From positions 2,999 to 66,998 of the forward strand of contig CAZCZF010000002.1 of assembly GCA_964503025.1 (NCBI GenBank): DNA of 64,000 nucleotides. The letters are read 5' to 3'. Shown here in pieces: positions 1 through 10,086 of the stretch. This DNA is from an uncultured Vampirovibrio sp. GTDB taxonomy: Bacteria; Cyanobacteriota; Vampirovibrionia; Gastranaerophilales; Gastranaerophilaceae. Position numbers and translations under genes: made by a program. Under the pieces are notes generated by a model. The model ran no database searches and was not told where the DNA came from. It worked only from the letters and a program-made list of their open reading frames with translations. Position 1 is the stretch's first letter. Each line of letters starts with the position of its first letter.

Positions 1-1
1 C

Positions 2-802
2 GGACAACCAATGGCAATATTTTTTAACGGAGAATTGCAATCAGCACCTGTTATTAGAGAAGCTATTACAGGCGGAAGAGCACAGATTTCCGGTGGTGAT
101 AATGGTTTTGTATATGATGAAGCAAAAACGATGGTAGACCTTCTTAATGCAGGTGCGCTTCCTGTTCCTGCAAAAATCATTGAAGAAAATACAGTAGGAC
201 CTACTCTTGGTGCTGATAGTATTGCAAAATCAAAAATCGCAGGTATTATCGGACTTGGATTTGTAATGTTATTTATGGCTGCTTATTACAAGGTTCCGGG
301 TTTAATTGCCGATGTTGCGTTGGTGTTATACGGGATTATGTTGTTTGCATTGTTTAAAGCAATTCCAATTACATTAACTCTTGCAGGTATCGCAGGTTTT
401 ATTCTAAGTATCGGTATGGCAGTTGACGCAAACATTCTGATTTTTGAAAGAACAAAAGAGGAGTTGAAAGCAGGAAGAACTTTGTTTACAGCTATTAATT
501 CCGGTTTTGACCGCGCATTTACAAGTATTTTTGACTCCAACATGACAACAATCATTACGTGTATAATTCTTTATTGCTGTGGAACAAGTATTGTAAAAGG
601 ATTTGCATTAACACTTGCTGTTGGTGTAATAGTTTCAATGTTCTCTGCAATTACAATTACAAAGAACTTTATGCATTTGATATTTGGAGCAGGAAAGCTT
701 ACACATCCTGCATTGTTCGGGCTTAATGCAAGCGATATAAATGACAGCTATCAAGCAGTTGAGACAAAAAGAGAAAAAGCAAAATTCGGTATTTTGGATT
801 AA
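2..802 (+). CDS. secD: Protein translocase subunit SecD, C-terminal part (5' end lies outside the window)
   Basis: APVIREAITGGRAQISG, GPTLGADSI, GMAVDANILIFER and DSNMTT motifs. Frame is open to the window edge; directly upstream of secF. Confidence 0.95.
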   Translation, partial: GQPMAIFFNGELQSAPVIREAITGGRAQISGGDNGFVYDEAKTMVDLLNAGALPVPAKIIEENTVGPTLGADSIAKSKIAGIIGLGFVMLFMAAYYKVPGLIADVALVLYGIMLFALFKAIPITLTLAGIAGFILSIGMAVDANILIFERTKEELKAGRTLFTAINSGFDRAFTSIFDSNMTTIITCIILYCCGTSIVKGFALTLAVGVIVSMFSAITITKNFMHLIFGAGKLTHPALFGLNASDINDSYQAVETKREKAKFGILD

Positions 803-833
803 ACCGAGTTAGAACTATAAGAAGGAAAAAACA

Positions 834-1769
834 ATGAAATTAGATATAGTAAAAAACAGATTTTTATTCTTAGCAATATCTGCAATCTTGTTGTTGCCGG
901 GGATTATAGCAATGATATATTCAACAATTACTTATCCTACGCATACTCCGCTAAAGGTTGGTATTGACTATACCGGCGGTACGACTTTGCAGTATGGTGT
1001 AAAACAAGACATTTCAAACGAAAAACTCGGAGAAGTAAGAACATCTTTGGAAGAAGGCGGAATTAATAATCCGTATTTGCAAATTATACACGTTAATTCT
1101 CAGCAAGATACCGAGTTAAAATCAATTTTATCTATAAGAACAAAATTCATAGCAGAAGGCTCTGCCGAGCAAGAAAAGATTACGGAAATTATCAATAATC
1201 AATTCACTTCGCCACAGTTGGTTCAAGTTACTTCAGTCGGTGCAACGTTAGGTTCTGAATTGTTTAAAAACTCTATGATTGCGCTTTCTTTGGCATTATT
1301 GGGAATTATTGCATATTTAACAATGAGGTTTCAATTTGATTACGCGCTTGCGGCAATCTTGGGGTTGGTGCATGACACAATTTTTGTATGTGGTGTATTT
1401 TCAATACTTGGCTTGTTCTATGATGTACAAATCGACGCTTTGTTTGTAACAGCATTACTTACGGTAATTGGTTTTTCTGTACACGATACAATTGTTGTAT
1501 TTGACAGAGTGCGTGAAAATTTGAAATACTATTCTAAGAAAATGTCTTTTGGCGAGATTATGAATGCAAGTATTAATCAGACTCTTGCAAGAAGCGTTAA
1601 TACCTCAATTACAACATTGATAACATTGCTTGCTCTTTATTTCTTGGGCGGTGTAACAACAAGAGATTTTGTTTTGGCAATGATTCTTGGTATTGCGATT
1701 GGTACTTATTCAAGTATTTTCTTCTGTTCAACTCTGGTTGATATTTGGGAAGATAAAAAAGCTGTATAA
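834..1769 (+). CDS. secF: Protein translocase subunit SecF
   Basis: GIDYTGGT, VGATLGSEL, GFSVHDTIVVFDRVREN motifs; follows secD. Confidence 0.96.
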   Translation: MKLDIVKNRFLFLAISAILLLPGIIAMIYSTITYPTHTPLKVGIDYTGGTTLQYGVKQDISNEKLGEVRTSLEEGGINNPYLQIIHVNSQQDTELKSILSIRTKFIAEGSAEQEKITEIINNQFTSPQLVQVTSVGATLGSELFKNSMIALSLALLGIIAYLTMRFQFDYALAAILGLVHDTIFVCGVFSILGLFYDVQIDALFVTALLTVIGFSVHDTIVVFDRVRENLKYYSKKMSFGEIMNASINQTLARSVNTSITTLITLLALYFLGGVTTRDFVLAMILGIAIGTYSSIFFCSTLVDIWEDKKAV

Positions 1770-1783
1770 TTAATATGATAAAT

Positions 1784-1817
1784 TTAAAAAGGAAGATTTT
1801 TTAATCTTCCTTTTTAA
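1784..1817. terminator. Intrinsic, probably bidirectional terminator after secF
   Basis: Perfect inverted repeat AAAAAGGAAGATT-tttt-AATCTTCCTTTTT. Confidence 0.85.
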
Positions 1818-1859
1818 TAGTAATAGCAAATTATTTTTTTAGAAGTTTTAACTAGATAT

Positions 1860-3239
1860 ATGAATATTTTACCTGTAAAAATACCTTTTTTAGGAATAAA
1901 AAATAATAATCAAAAAAAAAATAATAATAATACATCTTCCTTAATAACAACTGAAGCTCAGTCTGACTGTTCTGTTATTTTTCAGGGAGGTACTGCAAAG
2001 AACGCAGAGCCGTTAAGAGCTCTTATGCATTATGGAGTTCCTGGGATATATTCGGGCAAATATGTAATTCCTCAAGAAATTATTGATAAAATGCTCAATA
2101 ATCATACGTTTTCCAAAACAATAAGACACATAGTAAAAGCTTTAAAACCTTATGAGAATAGGTTGTTGAATGTAGAATCGCAGTTTTATTCAATTGTAAA
2201 AAGTATGGCTAAAACAAATCCAAACTACCATTTAAAAGATGTGGTGGGGGTTATAGCGCCGGAACATAATAAAAAACTAATAGAACAACAAATTCCTATA
2301 TTAAAAGAGATTTATGCTCTGGCAGCGTATATGCCTGATGAACAGTTTAACAAATTTGACAGTTTGATGGATTCTGTTTGTAAACGAATTAATCGCGAAC
2401 CGGTAGTTTTGCCCTTTGATTTAAAAGAATTAAAGAGTAAGTTGCATCATTTTATGAATGAATATTCAAAACGAAATAAAATGGTGGAATTTGATACTAT
2501 GGTGCAAATTATGCATTTTGCCAAAAGAATGCCGGAAACTCCAAAATCTCTTAATGAAACTTCAAAAGTAAAAAGATTAAAACAGGTAAAAAAATCAAAA
2601 TCTCTGGTTAGAAAAAGAGCTGAGATTTTAACACAGATGGAAATTGCTGCTGCTTCCAGTCCGCTGAAAAATAATCCTGATTTGATGAAATTATTTACAC
2701 AAACTCGTGCTAAAATATATGGAATACCAGTTGTAATACCTTTTAATCGCAAATCTTTTATCGATGATATTGAAAAAATAACAGGTACATTAGAAAATAC
2801 CAAGTTGGCACATAGAATTAATCAAGCTGCAATAAAGCTTCCGACATCGCATAAAAGCTTGTCAGCTTTTGTCATGAAAAACTTGGAACTATCTTCTGAC
2901 AAAATCGGATACAATATGGTTATCGGTTCAGCAGGAAGCATTGACCACCTAATTCCGTTTTCTCAAAAAGGCAAAAATTGTATAGAAAATTACGCAATAA
3001 CTACATCTTATTACAATTCAGAACGTGCTCATCGTTCAATAGAACATCAATTGAAGAAATATCCTGTAGCGTATATTCATTGTCAAGAGTACGTTGATAG
3101 GTTGATAGAATTATATAATCAAGGAATATTTAAAAAAGTTAAATTGCCGAGACATTATATTCTCAACTTTGTAAAACTTATGCAAAAACTATCTCCGCAA
3201 GAAAAACCTCTAATATTGAATGTTGATAAACTTAAATAA
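1860..3239 (+). CDS. Hypothetical protein with C-terminal HNH-like nuclease motif and Asn-rich N-terminal leader
   Basis: 459-aa ORF; SIDHLIPFSQKGKNCIENYAITTSYYNSER fits the DH-x-x-P...N...N HNH pattern. Confidence 0.6.
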   Translation: MNILPVKIPFLGIKNNNQKKNNNNTSSLITTEAQSDCSVIFQGGTAKNAEPLRALMHYGVPGIYSGKYVIPQEIIDKMLNNHTFSKTIRHIVKALKPYENRLLNVESQFYSIVKSMAKTNPNYHLKDVVGVIAPEHNKKLIEQQIPILKEIYALAAYMPDEQFNKFDSLMDSVCKRINREPVVLPFDLKELKSKLHHFMNEYSKRNKMVEFDTMVQIMHFAKRMPETPKSLNETSKVKRLKQVKKSKSLVRKRAEILTQMEIAAASSPLKNNPDLMKLFTQTRAKIYGIPVVIPFNRKSFIDDIEKITGTLENTKLAHRINQAAIKLPTSHKSLSAFVMKNLELSSDKIGYNMVIGSAGSIDHLIPFSQKGKNCIENYAITTSYYNSERAHRSIEHQLKKYPVAYIHCQEYVDRLIELYNQGIFKKVKLPRHYILNFVKLMQKLSPQEKPLILNVDKLK

Positions 3240-3257
3240 TAATGTTATCATGGTAGT

Positions 3258-4064
3258 ATGAAATCAGTAAAAGAAGTATCGGTAGAGTCAAAAATTTTAA
3301 AGCGATTGCAGGATTACCCCAATTGTTTAAAGCTTGTGCATTATTTATTTGATGATGAAGAGCTGCAAGAGATGCAGGATTATGCAAATAATGTTTCAAT
3401 CAAGCGTCTTGGGTATAATGACCATGGTCCTGTGCACATGAGACAAGTGGCTGCGAATTCAATCAAAATGCTCAATATCCTTCACGAATGTGGAATAAAA
3501 ACCTCACTTGAAACAGAAGAAATCGGAACATTTGAGGATAGCATGTGTGCAGTAATTCTTGCGGGGCTTATGCACGATTTGGGTATGATGATAGGCAGAC
3601 AAGGACATGAAGAAATGTCTGTCATTTTGGCAAAACCGCTTATTGAAAGAGCTTTAATGGCAGTTTTTCCGGATGATTTGCACAGGCGTGTTATAATACG
3701 TTCTATTGTAATTGAAGCAATTATCGGACACATGTCATCAAGAAAAATTCATTCTACGGAAGCCGGAATAATATTAATTGCTGATGGTTGTGATATGACA
3801 AAGGGCAGAGCAAGAATTCCGCTTTCAATCAATACAACTCCGAAAGTTGGAGATATTCACAAATATTCTGCGAATGCGATTAACAGAATTAGGATTCAGC
3901 ATGGTGAACGCAAACCTATTAAGATAACGGTAGAAATGTCTGCGGAAGTCGGATTTTTCCAGATAGAAGAAGTTTTGATAACGAAGATTGATTCAAGCCC
4001 TGCAAAAGAATACGTTGAATTATTTGCGGGTGTTGAAGGTGAAGAATCTAAGTGCTATTTATAA
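3258..4064 (+). CDS. HD-domain phosphohydrolase
   Basis: HGPVH, LMHDLG, GHM and ADGCD metal-binding motifs. Confidence 0.85.
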   Translation: MKSVKEVSVESKILKRLQDYPNCLKLVHYLFDDEELQEMQDYANNVSIKRLGYNDHGPVHMRQVAANSIKMLNILHECGIKTSLETEEIGTFEDSMCAVILAGLMHDLGMMIGRQGHEEMSVILAKPLIERALMAVFPDDLHRRVIIRSIVIEAIIGHMSSRKIHSTEAGIILIADGCDMTKGRARIPLSINTTPKVGDIHKYSANAINRIRIQHGERKPIKITVEMSAEVGFFQIEEVLITKIDSSPAKEYVELFAGVEGEESKCYL

Positions 4065-4082
4065 TGCTATCATTTCGTGAAA

Positions 4083-4973
4083 TTAAGCGTCCGTGCGTGA
4101 AGTAGCGAAAAAATCGTAAAAATTATAGAATTGATACGGGTATTTTAGTGTGTATTTTTCCAGAAATCGTACATAAGCTTGTTTCAAATCTTCGAGTTTT
4201 TCGTCTCTTTTTGTCTTTTCTGTTTCAAATTTTTCGGTATAAACTTTAAAGAATTTGCCTTCTTTTGCACAAACAATAAAGTAAATTGGCACATTCATAA
4301 TTTGTGCAAACTTTAGAGTTCCAATAGGAAGTTGAATTTTTCTGGCCAAGAAATCTGCTTCATAAGTTTTGTTGGTATTTTGTGCAGATACTCTATCTCC
4401 TGCCATAAATACAATTTCACCGTCTTTTAAGCGCTCGGAAATTAAAATGGATGTTTCTGCGCTGATGTCTTCCACCGAAAAAACTTCTATATCAAGTTTA
4501 AGCTCCAATGACTTCAAAAAATTATTAAAAATTTCACAGGCATTGGATTGTAAAAATACATTGACGCGTTTTGGTTCATATTCTTTATGCAACTGAAATA
4601 AAGAACGTAAGATTTCAACATTTCCGATATGAGTTGTTATAAAAAAGGCGCCGTTTGCAATTCCTTCATTGGGCAGGATAAATCTGTTTGGATTGATTTT
4701 GCCCAAGCAGGATATAAGTTTGTCTACGAGTGAGTTTCCGTAATTCAGGAATTGAAAAAATGAAGAAATCAAGATGTGTTTTTTGTTTAATATTTTGAAG
4801 AATTTTTGCGATGCGTGACGTTGTTCTTTTGCTTTTATAAAAACAAATAAAACAACAAAAAACGTAATAATCCTAACAGGAATTTCGCCGAAAATCTGAT
4901 AAATATATTTTGTTAAAATCAGGCGCTTTTTACCGGCACCTTGTTCTGAAAACTGAAACCATTTTCTAGACAT
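4083..4973 (-). CDS. LpxL/LpxP-family (lipid A lauroyltransferase-like) acyltransferase, similar to the acyltransferase half of ApeJ
   Basis: TTHIGNVEIL (H-x-G-N-x-E), AGDR, YPYQFYNFYDFF C-terminus; last gene of the acyl cluster. Confidence 0.75.
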   Translation of the reverse strand: MSRKWFQFSEQGAGKKRLILTKYIYQIFGEIPVRIITFFVVLFVFIKAKEQRHASQKFFKILNKKHILISSFFQFLNYGNSLVDKLISCLGKINPNRFILPNEGIANGAFFITTHIGNVEILRSLFQLHKEYEPKRVNVFLQSNACEIFNNFLKSLELKLDIEVFSVEDISAETSILISERLKDGEIVFMAGDRVSAQNTNKTYEADFLARKIQLPIGTLKFAQIMNVPIYFIVCAKEGKFFKVYTEKFETEKTKRDEKLEDLKQAYVRFLEKYTLKYPYQFYNFYDFFATSRTDA

Positions 4974-6009
4974 TTTTTACGCACTCCAGAAGCGTATAAT
5001 CGTGTGCGCCAAGTGAATCGTACACATTTTTGATTTTCAAATCGGATTCTTGTATCAATTTTTCCATATCTTTGTACGAATACATTTTGCTGCATCCGTT
5101 TGCCATACAAGTAAAATAAAGCGATGTATGTATAAGAGAGTACTTTGCTGCTTCAAATTTTTGTCTGTCGATAAATGGCTCAAGAATATAAATTTTTATA
5201 TCATCACTGCTTGATTTTACAATTTTTTGTAAGATAAAGCGTATTTGTTCTTTAGAAAAACAATCCAAAAATTGGCTCATAATTACTGCGCCGGACATTT
5301 TGGGTAAATTATCGGTTTCTTCAAGAATATTTGCGGCATGGAATTTGCATCCTTGAAGTTCTGAATCTTTTTTTATCACATCAATATTTTGAGCCAAGTC
5401 AATCAACGTTAAATCTTGGTTTTTGTTGTGCTTTAGGCATACCTTTTCAAATCTTCCGGTATTTGCGCCAATGTCATATATTTTATCAACAGGAGAAATT
5501 ATTTTATAAATTATGTCAAAACTGTTGTCTGAATAATAGTGGTCAAATTCGTACCAACTTTGTTTCATATCGTCAGGAAGCTTGGAAAGATGCGGATAAA
5601 TTGTTCCGCTAAAGCCGTATTCCTTCAAACCTTCTGCATTTTTTTGCAAAAAACTTTCTTTGAGTTTTTGAGCACCTTTATAACAAACATCTTTTGTGAA
5701 ATTGAAATTTACGCGTGTCATTTCGTCGTACAAAAACATCTGTCCTAAAAGAGTTGTTTGATATTTTTCATTATTTTCTGATATAACACCAATGGCTAAT
5801 GCTGTTTCAAGAAGAGTTGAGACCGTGTATTCCGATAATGATAATTTTTCTTGCAAATCTTCTTTTGTGGCTTCATTCATATCAAGCTCTTTTAAAATTC
5901 CGAAATCCAAAAGTGCTGCAATTGCCTGAAACGAAAGTGGTGCAAAAGCAATTTTTTGTGCTTTTGTCAATGCTTCTATTATATCTTTTTTATGTTCAGT
6001 TCTTTTCAT
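4966..6009 (-). CDS. SAM-dependent O-methyltransferase with N-terminal dimerisation HTH
   Basis: IYDIGANTG SAM motif, MSQFLDCFS, SLYFTCMANG. Confidence 0.85.
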   Translation of the reverse strand: MKRTEHKKDIIEALTKAQKIAFAPLSFQAIAALLDFGILKELDMNEATKEDLQEKLSLSEYTVSTLLETALAIGVISENNEKYQTTLLGQMFLYDEMTRVNFNFTKDVCYKGAQKLKESFLQKNAEGLKEYGFSGTIYPHLSKLPDDMKQSWYEFDHYYSDNSFDIIYKIISPVDKIYDIGANTGRFEKVCLKHNKNQDLTLIDLAQNIDVIKKDSELQGCKFHAANILEETDNLPKMSGAVIMSQFLDCFSKEQIRFILQKIVKSSSDDIKIYILEPFIDRQKFEAAKYSLIHTSLYFTCMANGCSKMYSYKDMEKLIQESDLKIKNVYDSLGAHDYTLLECVKNV

Positions 6010-7942
6010 TACTCGATTTTATCATAAATAAACTTAACAGATATGAAACAGTAATCCCAATAGCTAAGGCTGTTCCGAGCGAACTTATTAATTTAAAACT
6101 TGTAAATGCGAGTAAGCCAAAAGAAAAAATTGTTGATAGTGCGGATATGAATACTGCGGTTTTTGATTTTTCGCATCCGTTTAGGCGGAAAATTGAATAA
6201 TCAAGGCTAAATCCCATGATTAAAAAGAGGGCTAAAATATGGAAAAGATTTAGATTTATTCCGAAAACCGACAAAATAGAAACTGTGAATAAAATTCCAC
6301 AAGCAGGTGGAATGATTATTCTTATGGCATTTTTAATTCCATAGATAAAGCTTAATACTCCGAACAGAATTAACATCATGAACGGTAAAATTTTTAAGCA
6401 TTTGATTCTGAGTTTTTTCAGGATGTTAGAAATTTCTTCGGAAATGTTAATTGCGCCGTCGCATTTATCTGAAACTATCAGAAAAGAAGTATTTTTGTCG
6501 AGCATAAATTCAGAATTAAGAGGGAATTTTTCAACATCATAAATCTTGCTTGCTTGAAGATTGAATTTTGTGCCGAGTTTTTGTTCAAAGTTTTTTGCGT
6601 CATTATTATACAGTTCTTGAACCAATTTAAGATTTTCTTTTTGGCGCTTTTGCGAAGAGACAAAACTACTTAGACCAAAAGCATTTTCAAATTTTTCGGA
6701 TTTTTCCAATATCTCGTCGGTGTTTTTACCCTTTATAATTAGAAAACTGTTTTCGTTTGTACCAAAAACCTTATGATACAAACTTTCTGATTCAAGAAGC
6801 TTTTGAGGAGGTGTGTAAAGATTTTTTATGTTGTCGTCAAAATTTATTTGTAGGCAACCTATGGCTATAACCGTAAAGATTGTGCTGATAAATATTTTTT
6901 GAGAAATTTTGATTTTTGGTAAAGTTCCAAATTCGTAATGATTTTTAAATCGCGGTAAAATAAGTAAGACAAAGAGATATACTCCGATAAGTCCGAAAGA
7001 AGTAAATATTGCAATTTGGCGTAAAATTTCTATGTTAGAAAAAATAAGAGCCCAAAATGCAAAAACGGTTGTCAGCATAGAAGATGTTAAACTTTTTTTA
7101 AAATTTTTCTCATCTCCTGTCAGGAAGTAATGTAAAGAATAATCTAAGCTTATTCCAATTAGTGACGTTGAGAATACAAACGTCAAAATGTGGAGCTTGT
7201 GGAAAATTAATGCCGAAACCGTATATCCGCATAAAAAACCAAATAAGATGCTTAGAGTAATCGGAATAATTATTTTGTAAGAATTAAAAACGGTTTTTAT
7301 CAGAAATCCTAATACTAAGATTGATAAAATACAAATTATATTTATTTCTGATTTTGATTTTTGTGCGGTTATGTAAGAATGAATTGGAGTTCCAGTTAAA
7401 TAGATATTTTTGCCTTCAATTTTATTCAGAAGCTCACTGACTTCATTATCATTTTGTACTTCGAGTCGTAAAATTGAATATGATTTACCGTTATACTCTT
7501 TTGTTTCACTTGTTTGCTTGCTTAAAACAAAATCTGTTGCCAAAAGATATGGGTCTTGGCTTGGAGAAGCAATATAAAATCCGAGAGGGTTGTATAATCC
7601 TTCCAATGCTTGATTTTCCAGAATGCCATATTCTTTATTTTGTAGTAATTTGCGTTTTTGAGGTGTTAAAAAATTGCCTGTATAATTTTTATAAACTTCG
7701 GTGACTTTTTGTACGTTTATTGTTTGTTGCTGAAAATCCGGCATGAAATCTTGTGCGTCGTTTTCAAAAATAAGATTTACTTTGTGCGATGATAAATTTG
7801 CAAGTTTTACAATTTGTTTTTCTGTTTCGGAATGCGGATTTATAAACGCTTTCATTAATTCAGTTTCAGGTGGCTTTGCCGATATAAATGCAATGCAGAA
7901 AAGAATTATGGAAATTGTTAAAAATAAAATTCGTTTAATCAT
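5996..7942 (-). CDS. MMPL/RND-family lipid exporter (ApeM-like)
   Basis: Two TM bundles with GISLDYSLH and GFSLDYSIF motifs. Confidence 0.85.
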   Translation of the reverse strand: MIKRILFLTISIILFCIAFISAKPPETELMKAFINPHSETEKQIVKLANLSSHKVNLIFENDAQDFMPDFQQQTINVQKVTEVYKNYTGNFLTPQKRKLLQNKEYGILENQALEGLYNPLGFYIASPSQDPYLLATDFVLSKQTSETKEYNGKSYSILRLEVQNDNEVSELLNKIEGKNIYLTGTPIHSYITAQKSKSEINIICILSILVLGFLIKTVFNSYKIIIPITLSILFGFLCGYTVSALIFHKLHILTFVFSTSLIGISLDYSLHYFLTGDEKNFKKSLTSSMLTTVFAFWALIFSNIEILRQIAIFTSFGLIGVYLFVLLILPRFKNHYEFGTLPKIKISQKIFISTIFTVIAIGCLQINFDDNIKNLYTPPQKLLESESLYHKVFGTNENSFLIIKGKNTDEILEKSEKFENAFGLSSFVSSQKRQKENLKLVQELYNNDAKNFEQKLGTKFNLQASKIYDVEKFPLNSEFMLDKNTSFLIVSDKCDGAINISEEISNILKKLRIKCLKILPFMMLILFGVLSFIYGIKNAIRIIIPPACGILFTVSILSVFGINLNLFHILALFLIMGFSLDYSIFRLNGCEKSKTAVFISALSTIFSFGLLAFTSFKLISSLGTALAIGITVSYLLSLFMIKSSNEKN

Positions 7943-8412
7943 TCAAAATAAATTGTTGTTTTTGTATTGTCACAAGTTAAAATGGTTATTTTGTCTATTT
8001 TGGTTTTACCTGTTTGAATTTCGATTGCTTTTAAGTAATTAAAAGCAGGAGAAACCGATTTAGGTTTCAGTGTTAAAATTGGTTTATCAAAATAGAACTC
8101 AAATTCTTTTTCCAAGCGTGAATAATTTTTGTTTGAGATTGCATTGATGATATTGTTTATCTGTTTGTATTCGCGCGTAGTATAGGCGGTTGTGCTTTTT
8201 ATCGGATAAGTTGTATAAAAAGTAACACCTTTGCCTTTTTCAAAAACAAAATTCCCTGAAGATTTTAAAACCATATCTGAAATTTGCTTTTCTTGTCTAA
8301 ACTTGCATTTTACGCTGTCATAAGCAGGAATTTCATCAGCTATTTTTTCCAATGATTGTGCAAAGACGGGAATTTGTAATAACACAAATATCGCGAATAC
8401 TATTTTTTTCAT
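7939..8412 (-). CDS. LolA-like periplasmic lipid carrier (ApeL-like)
   Basis: Signal peptide; KFRQEK...LKSSGNFVFEKGKGV pattern; ATGA-coupled to both neighbours. Confidence 0.7.
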   Translation of the reverse strand: MKKIVFAIFVLLQIPVFAQSLEKIADEIPAYDSVKCKFRQEKQISDMVLKSSGNFVFEKGKGVTFYTTYPIKSTTAYTTREYKQINNIINAISNKNYSRLEKEFEFYFDKPILTLKPKSVSPAFNYLKAIEIQTGKTKIDKITILTCDNTKTTIYFE

Positions 8413-9683
8413 AAGTTACTCTCCATTGGTAAAAGTCCTGATGAAAAAATAAAATCTCCTCCGGAGTAACTATAGTCAATTCCTTTTTCTGTTTTTTTGA
8501 TTATTAGTTCTACAATTTCTGCCGGACGAATTATTTTAGAGAATTTTACTCTTCTTATTTGTCCGCAAGTGTAATCTTTGCCAAATGCAATTTGGGCGAA
8601 CAAATTTGCATAAAAAAGTTGAACAACTCCGGCTAGGATTGGAAAATTACTGAAATGACCTTTGAAAAAATTACTGTTCTTGAGGAAACAAAGCTTAAAT
8701 AAAGCAGAATTTTTATTGAGTTCTTTTGTCAGTATTAGCGGAAGAGAAAGGTTTAAATTGAAAATTTCATTGATAAAATTTTTGTCAATTTTGCCGTTTT
8801 CTTTTCTTGGTATTTCATCCCAAAATTTCCATTTTTGTGGCACAATCGGTTGTGATAATTCTTGCTTAAGTGCCTTCACTAAGCTGAGTTTGTCATTATT
8901 AATCACAAATTCTTTTCCTTGTTCACTCAAAACTCCTAATGCAGCAAGTTTTCCTTCAAATTCAAAGCAATGTACATCACTAATAAACTTGGATTTTTTG
9001 ATTGCATTTTCTATATCTTCAGAGATAATGCGTTTTTCCTGAATTTTCAATATTCTGCCACATCTGCCTTTAAATTCTATTTCATCATCGTGAAGTTCGA
9101 TTTTATCTTCGATAATTACAGGCGAAATTCGTGAATATTCGGTTGCGATTTTTGTATAATTTTCTGCTGTTTCTAAAATTTTTATTCCGCGGAACAGCTT
9201 AAATTTTTTTGTTTTATATGTAGTTCTGTAGCCAATAACTCCGGTTTCGGTACTGCCATATATTTCTACAACTTTATCGGAAATGCTCATTGCATATTCA
9301 AAAGTTTCATCTTCAAGCTTTGCTCCGGCAGTAATTATTATTTGTGGTTTAACCGGTGGAACTACATTGTATTTGCGCATAACTTCCAGAAAAGACGGTG
9401 TTGTGATAAGCACTGCGTTTTCCACATTGATATCTTCCGGATAATTAATGCGTGTTTCTTTGCGTCTAAATCCGCAAATACGCGGAAGCATATAATAAAA
9501 AGTGTATCCAAAAAGATGTTCTTCCGTTGTTGTAGAAATAAATTCCAATTCTCCTGAAAGATTTAATTCTGTGCAAATATCACGTACTTCAACTTCAAGG
9601 TTTGCAACTGTTTTCTGAACGGACAAGCCTTCTGATGTTGTACCGCCGGTTTTGAATATCACAATAGAATTATCTTTTTCCAT
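8409..9683 (-). CDS. AMP-binding acyl-ACP/CoA ligase-like protein fused to a C-terminal FabA/FabZ-type hotdog dehydratase (ApeH+ApeI-like)
   Basis: EIYGSTETG, GRCGRILKIQEKRI, PRKENGKID; C-terminal FFKGHFSNFPILAGVVQL. P-loop is degenerate (KTGGTTSEG). Confidence 0.75.
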   Translation of the reverse strand: MEKDNSIVIFKTGGTTSEGLSVQKTVANLEVEVRDICTELNLSGELEFISTTTEEHLFGYTFYYMLPRICGFRRKETRINYPEDINVENAVLITTPSFLEVMRKYNVVPPVKPQIIITAGAKLEDETFEYAMSISDKVVEIYGSTETGVIGYRTTYKTKKFKLFRGIKILETAENYTKIATEYSRISPVIIEDKIELHDDEIEFKGRCGRILKIQEKRIISEDIENAIKKSKFISDVHCFEFEGKLAALGVLSEQGKEFVINNDKLSLVKALKQELSQPIVPQKWKFWDEIPRKENGKIDKNFINEIFNLNLSLPLILTKELNKNSALFKLCFLKNSNFFKGHFSNFPILAGVVQLFYANLFAQIAFGKDYTCGQIRRVKFSKIIRPAEIVELIIKKTEKGIDYSYSGGDFIFSSGLLPMESNL

Positions 9684-10086
9684 GCTTCCTCTTGAAAAAT
9701 ATTCTTACTATATATTCTATAATAAAAACTAAACCTACTAAAATATAAGAAATAAAACCGTTATAAATCGCCCAAATTTTTTCGGGAGTAAATATTGTAA
9801 GACAAGAAACAATGAAATTTAAGAAAGTGAAAACAGACCATACATAAGTGACTTTTCTTGTGTAATTCATTACCGCATCATCTGCATCAGGTTCCATTAA
9901 AAGCGCCATTTTTTGAATGACTGTTCTTTCTTGAAAAATCGACAAGAAAAAAATCAAAAACAAGCAAAAATTTACAATAGGCGGATAAAATTTTAAAACA
10001 ATAAAATCCGTGTAGTGAAAACAAATGATTATAAGAAATATGCAAACAAACGGCAATAAGAACTTCAATTTAGCTAAGCAGTGCAT
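9670..10086 (-). CDS. COG4648-like membrane protein (ApeG-like)
   Basis: LKFYPPIVN, YTRKVTYVWSVF, WAIYNGFISY, EYIVR pattern; start uncertain (10086 or 10101). Confidence 0.75.
   Translation of the reverse strand: MHCLAKLKFLLPFVCIFLIIICFHYTDFIVLKFYPPIVNFCLFLIFFLSIFQERTVIQKMALLMEPDADDAVMNYTRKVTYVWSVFTFLNFIVSCLTIFTPEKIWAIYNGFISYILVGLVFIIEYIVRIFFKRKHGKR

Noticed and set aside
1860-3239. Cas9/IscB-type RNA-guided nuclease
   Set aside because: No RuvC motifs or Arg-rich bridge helix recognised, no CRISPR array and no room for an adjacent ncRNA; only the HNH-like motif is shared.
4089-4115. Another copy of the CGTGCGTAGC repeat at the end of the acyltransferase gene
   Set aside because: Only a short, gapped match (CGTGCGTGAAGTAGC); too weak to call.
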